Source of the DNA: Podarcis muralis
Taxonomy: Eukaryota
Length of the DNA: 64,000 nt
NCBI RefSeq assembly: GCF_964188315.1
Contig: NC_135668.1
Location: 24,304,001 to 24,368,000 of the forward strand
Direction: 5' to 3'
In this document: positions 59,882 through 64,000 of the stretch, piece after piece
Position numbering within the stretch: position 1 is the first letter of the stretch
Layout: each line of letters starts with the position of its first letter
The notes under the pieces: model-generated
What the model saw: only the letters and a program-made list of their open reading frames with translations
Database searches by the model: none
What the model was told of the DNA's origin: nothing
Translations under genes and position numbers: made by a program

Positions 59882-60141
59882 CAGTCATACCTTGGGTTGA
59901 ATACGCTTCAGGTTGAGTTCTTTCGGGTTGCACTCCACGGTGACCCGGAAGTAACGGAACGTGTTACTTCTGGGTTTTGCCGCTCGCGCATGCACAGACA
60001 GTCAAAGTGACGTCATGCGCATGTGCGGAAGTGGTGAATCGCTACCTGCACACGCGCAGACACGCAGTCGCAGGTTGCGTTTGCTTCAGGATGTGAACGG
60101 GGCTCCGGAACGGATCCTATTCACATCCTGAGGTACCACTG
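59882..60141. mobile_element. Tc1/mariner MITE, fourth family
   Basis: TA|CAGTCATACCTTGGG ... CCTGAGGTACCACTG|TA, with the ttcagg(t/a)t subterminal motif shared with 7119-7352. Confidence 0.85.
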
Positions 60142-61089
60142 TATTTTGTGTCATGAATGATCAGAGCCGGATCTTCTGACATTCTCACCACCTTGATGCT
60201 TGCAGTAAGGTGATGACGTGTCCCACTTTACAGAGGACAATCTTCTGTTTGAACAGAATCCTCTATTTCATTACCTTTAAACCAAATTGAGAAGCCCTTC
60301 ATATAGAGCAGGGCTGGGGAACATGTGACCTTCTATACATTACTGGACTCCAGCTCCAAGCACCCAATGGTAAAAAAATTACTGAAATTGTGGCTGGAGA
60401 GGGAAGAGATAAATCTCTCCCCCCACCACTGTGCTGCATGTGGAAATTGGATCATGCACACACCCACACACCTGGGCTTACAATTAAAGTTTTAAAAAAT
60501 GGAGCTCACACTGCACAATTAAAATGACATGCTGTTGGGCTCTAAGTCTTTCAACTGACCACTTGGACATTAGAAGATGCAAGTTTAAATTTATTTTACA
60601 GCAACTTTCTAAATATGTTTTGAAAATATGAAGCTGGGGTTGTAATCTTTATCTCCATCTTTACAAGGGCTGTGGCTGGTTGTTTAGGAAATGTTTGATA
60701 TTTGTAATTGGAGTTTTCAATCGCGTTGCATGTGACTGAAATAGTTATTTTTATATAGTTCATATATGCTGTAAGCTGACTCTGGAGGATTCTGTCCTGA
60801 TTTTTTATGAATAAATAAAGAATGACAGGAGCTGTAGTCCAGCAAGATCTGGAGGGCAACAGCTTCCCCTTCCCTGCTCTATTCGAAAGGCTCTCTGAGC
60901 CAAAGACAAAGAAGTCAAAGGAGGGAGAGAAAAGATAAAGAAGGAGTCTCTCTTCACAACAACCTCATGAGGCTGGTTAGGCTGAGAGTCTGTGACTGGT
61001 CCAAAGCCACCCAATTAGCTTCGTTGATGTGTGGGGATTTGAACTCTGGTCTCTCAGTCCAGTGTCTCCTACTGCACCAGATAGCGGGT

Positions 61090-61310
61090 TGTTTCCAGTG
61101 CAGCACTGACTTAAAGTCACTTAGTGGTATGCTTGTTCTGCAGGTGAAATGTTTTGTGCAACAGAATGCATAGGCAGGTTGCTGGTAACTTTGCTGCATA
61201 ATGAGTTTCCACTAGCACAGACGTTGCATTGGATTTCTTTGTAGTGCAATTCGTTGTGCAATTTCTGTGTTGTGCAGACAAAGAACAATGGCCATAGCCC
61301 TATGAGCTTA
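61090..61310. repeat. Unclassified dispersed repeat (copies at about 31060-31200, 62690-63050, possibly 24650-24760)
   Basis: Shared blocks ttgc(a/g/t)caacaag..tgcattggatt(c/t)ctttg..cacta(g)..ggc(c/t)at(a/g)gcc. Confidence 0.5.
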
Positions 61311-63925
61311 TGATGTGCACTTTCTGCTTTGTTGTTTCACTTTGTTAAGTTGCCTTGAGGATCCTGTTAAATGTTAAATAAAGCAAAATAGCAACAACAA
61401 CAGAGTATATTCAGAGGCAGTGAGCCACTCGATACAAGTTGCTACGAGAGGTATAGCCTTTGTGCTCTGCCTCTAGGCATCTGGGAGTCTTCTGGTGGAC
61501 CACCGTGAGATTTAGGAAGTCAAACTTGATGGACCATTGGCCTGACCTTCTGGATAATTTTAGAAGCATCAATGAAGCAATGTGAAACCTAAGTGGCACG
61601 TCCCCAAGAACCCTCACAGCATCACTCGCAACCCATGAGACGATCAAGAGACCATAGGCAATTCATTCTTTATTATGTGGTTTTCCTTCTTGGGTGGAGG
61701 GGGGTTTGCTTTGCATGCCCCTGTTGTGTTCCCTGGAAACTCCACGCTGGAGTAATAGATAAATATATTAGTTTCTGACAACCGGGTGCTGTGGGGGAAC
61801 TCACGCAGCCAGGGAGCCATGCTCTCCTAAACATGGTCAAGTGTGTGCATTGGAAAGAGTGAAATGTAATTAAGCTTGGAGTGGTTTTTGCTGGTAACAA
61901 AGAAGGACAGCTTTTGCGGATATGATGACTGATGCCGAGGAACACTGAAGAGGACCACTAATTTCAAGGTCATTTGGAAGCACTCAAGAAACACTACAAA
62001 AGGGAAAGGGGTTGGGAAGGGAAGCATTTTCGAATTTTTCTTTTAGAAAGCAAATTGCTATCAAGATGGGAAATGGGGGCGGTCAGAATTCAAAACAGTT
62101 TTCCATTTACCTTTCAGAGTTTTGTTCACCAGCAAAGAACAAGATTCGCAGGGAAGAAGCTTTGACTCTAGTGGCACACAGAGATTATTTCATACACACA
62201 GAGAGAGTCTTTTTCTTTCATCATATTTACATCAGCATCTGCTATCATTTTCATTATTGGTGGCCACAGTCCTTCAAGTCTGATCACCCCCCCAAACACT
62301 TTCAGTGAATAAGAATTTTCTGCAAATGTGCATTTCTATATCCTCTCCCTCCAGTCTTATCAGTTTGGGGCATTTTTTACTTGCTGTTTATTTACAGGTT
62401 TGTGAGCAGGTTTCCTGAGTCTTGGAAGGAACTGGCTCAAACTCTTACTGGAAGAAAAGTTAAAGCACTTAGGCAAATGGAGTGGGGAGAGATCCCTGCA
62501 CACCTTCAGAAGCTCAGGCCCCAAACATTAATTGTTTCCTTCCCCATATCTGCCCGTCAGTTGCCTAGCAATGGATGGATCTGAATATTTGGGGGCCATG
62601 TCAACTTCACTTGCACTTGCAAATATTTCTTTTCTGTTTCTCAAATTATTCCTAATTTATTTCATTTTGTTATAAATGCACAAAGAAAGGGCTGCACCCA
62701 ATGTAGTGCTAAGTTAAAGTCACTGGTGGGATGTTGCACAAGGGAAGCACAAGTGCAAATAATCAGGGCTGTCTTTACCTGGGAGTGCAAGGGGTGCGGG
62801 GCACCCAGGCACTGAATTCTGGGGGGCGCCAGGCGCCCGCTGCTGATGCCGCCTAAGCTCTTAACTATCTACCTGTTATAAAGATGGCCCTGCAAATAAT
62901 GTCAAACAAGAATCAGATGTTGCTCAACAAGCTTCTGCTAGCAGAACTATTGCATTGGATTCCTTTGTCGCAAAACTTTCAAACTCTGCCGTCCACTAGT
63001 GCAAGGGCTGTTGTGCTAGCAGACATAAAGTGTTGGCTATGGCCCAATGGTTGCAACAGCTAGTTGGCTTGGGGATGTAGAATGGAATAGAAGCACACTC
63101 TGACCCCTGTTAGTGGCCAGAGGGGAAAAAAGCTCCCCTGCTTCCCAGGAAGAACATGCTGGCAAGAAGAGCACCAGAGCAATTCAGATGGAATTTGAAA
63201 ATATAAGAAGATACCTTTCCCCCTATCTAGGGATGTCAGAGAATTCAATCAGAAACAGAAATGGGAGTAGAAACTCACCATCTGCATGTTCTGGAGGTCA
63301 GGAGCTGAAATCAGGCAAGCAAATGGTATTCACTATCTTTGTTTTTCTTAGGACACAAGATAGAATAATTACATTTTTTTACAGCATTGTTTTGGATATT
63401 TCCCATCCACTGAAATTGGTTACTTAATTATGTACTTGACTGCAGTACGTTTCAGCAACAGCAGTTAGATAAATAACTTCGGGTTTTGTGGAAGCTGAAA
63501 TGCAGCAGAATGAAAACAGCACTGCTTGCAACAAACCCGAGATGGGATGGAAATTGCTGCCTCCTTAGATCTCCAACCCTACCTCATTTAATGGTAGGCC
63601 AACACTACTTCTCAGGCAGCTGGGAGGAGGCCAATAGAAAAAGCACTGTAGTAGGAAGTCAGGGAAAACAATAATGCTTTTTAAAGAGGTAAACTAAACA
63701 CTCCTTTGGTGTTCTGCTCTAGGAGGAACTGATATATTCAGGGCAGAGATGTCTGTACAGGGCTGGAATAAGTTAAAATGCCACTTAAGCAACAGATAAC
63801 CCAAGATGGAGGCTTAAGCTAAGTTTGGGTGGTTAGCTCCACCCCTTAGTAGGAGCTTCTCTGGTTAAAGGATTATTGTCTCTTTCAGTAGTTTATTCAT
63901 TTGCTGATTGCATCCTGGTTAAACC

Positions 63926-64000
63926 TTGTTTAGTTGTTTAGTCGTATCCGACTCTTCGTGACCCCATGGACCAGAGCACACCAGGCACTCCTGTCTTCCA
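63926..64000 (-). mobile_element. Bov-B 3' end running off the window edge
   Basis: gtttagtcgtatccgactcttcgtgaccccatggaccagagcacaccaggcactcctgtcttcca is the reverse complement of 28814-28880. Confidence 0.92.

Noticed and set aside
1-64000. CRISPR arrays, prokaryotic operons, endogenous viral genes, NUMTs, rRNA
   Set aside because: No regularly spaced repeat-spacer structure, no viral or mitochondrial protein motifs in the ORF track, and no rRNA-like sequence recognised.

Overview
Vertebrate genomic DNA from a squamate reptile, most likely a lacertid lizard. This is inferred from the repeat complement: Sauria SINE, tRNA-derived SINEs, Bov-B, L2, CR1, L1, and Tc1/mariner- and hAT-type MITEs. 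The window reads as intergenic or deep-intronic sequence. I recognise no cellular protein-coding gene, and every ORF with recognisable motifs belongs to a retrotransposon: a 5'-truncated but nearly intact L2 reverse transcriptase (45820-47787), an RTE-X-like LINE 3' end (48564-49429), Bov-B, L1 and CR1 3' ends. Much of the window is TE-derived and extensively nested, and several insertions keep clean target-site duplications (TSDs). Repeat-free islands with homeobox, SOX, POU or NKX motif clusters may be conserved enhancers. There are two assembly gaps (14929-15193, 39998-40197). The most unusual items are a 394-bp TSD-flanked chimeric insertion ending in half a tRNA-Ile-like sequence (3331-3748), two different MITEs stacked in one L2 (AAT)n tail, and a minus-strand signal-peptide-like ORF in unique sequence (36688-36999). 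I found no convincing new biological system. Family names come from recognition of consensus sequences from memory, not from database searches.
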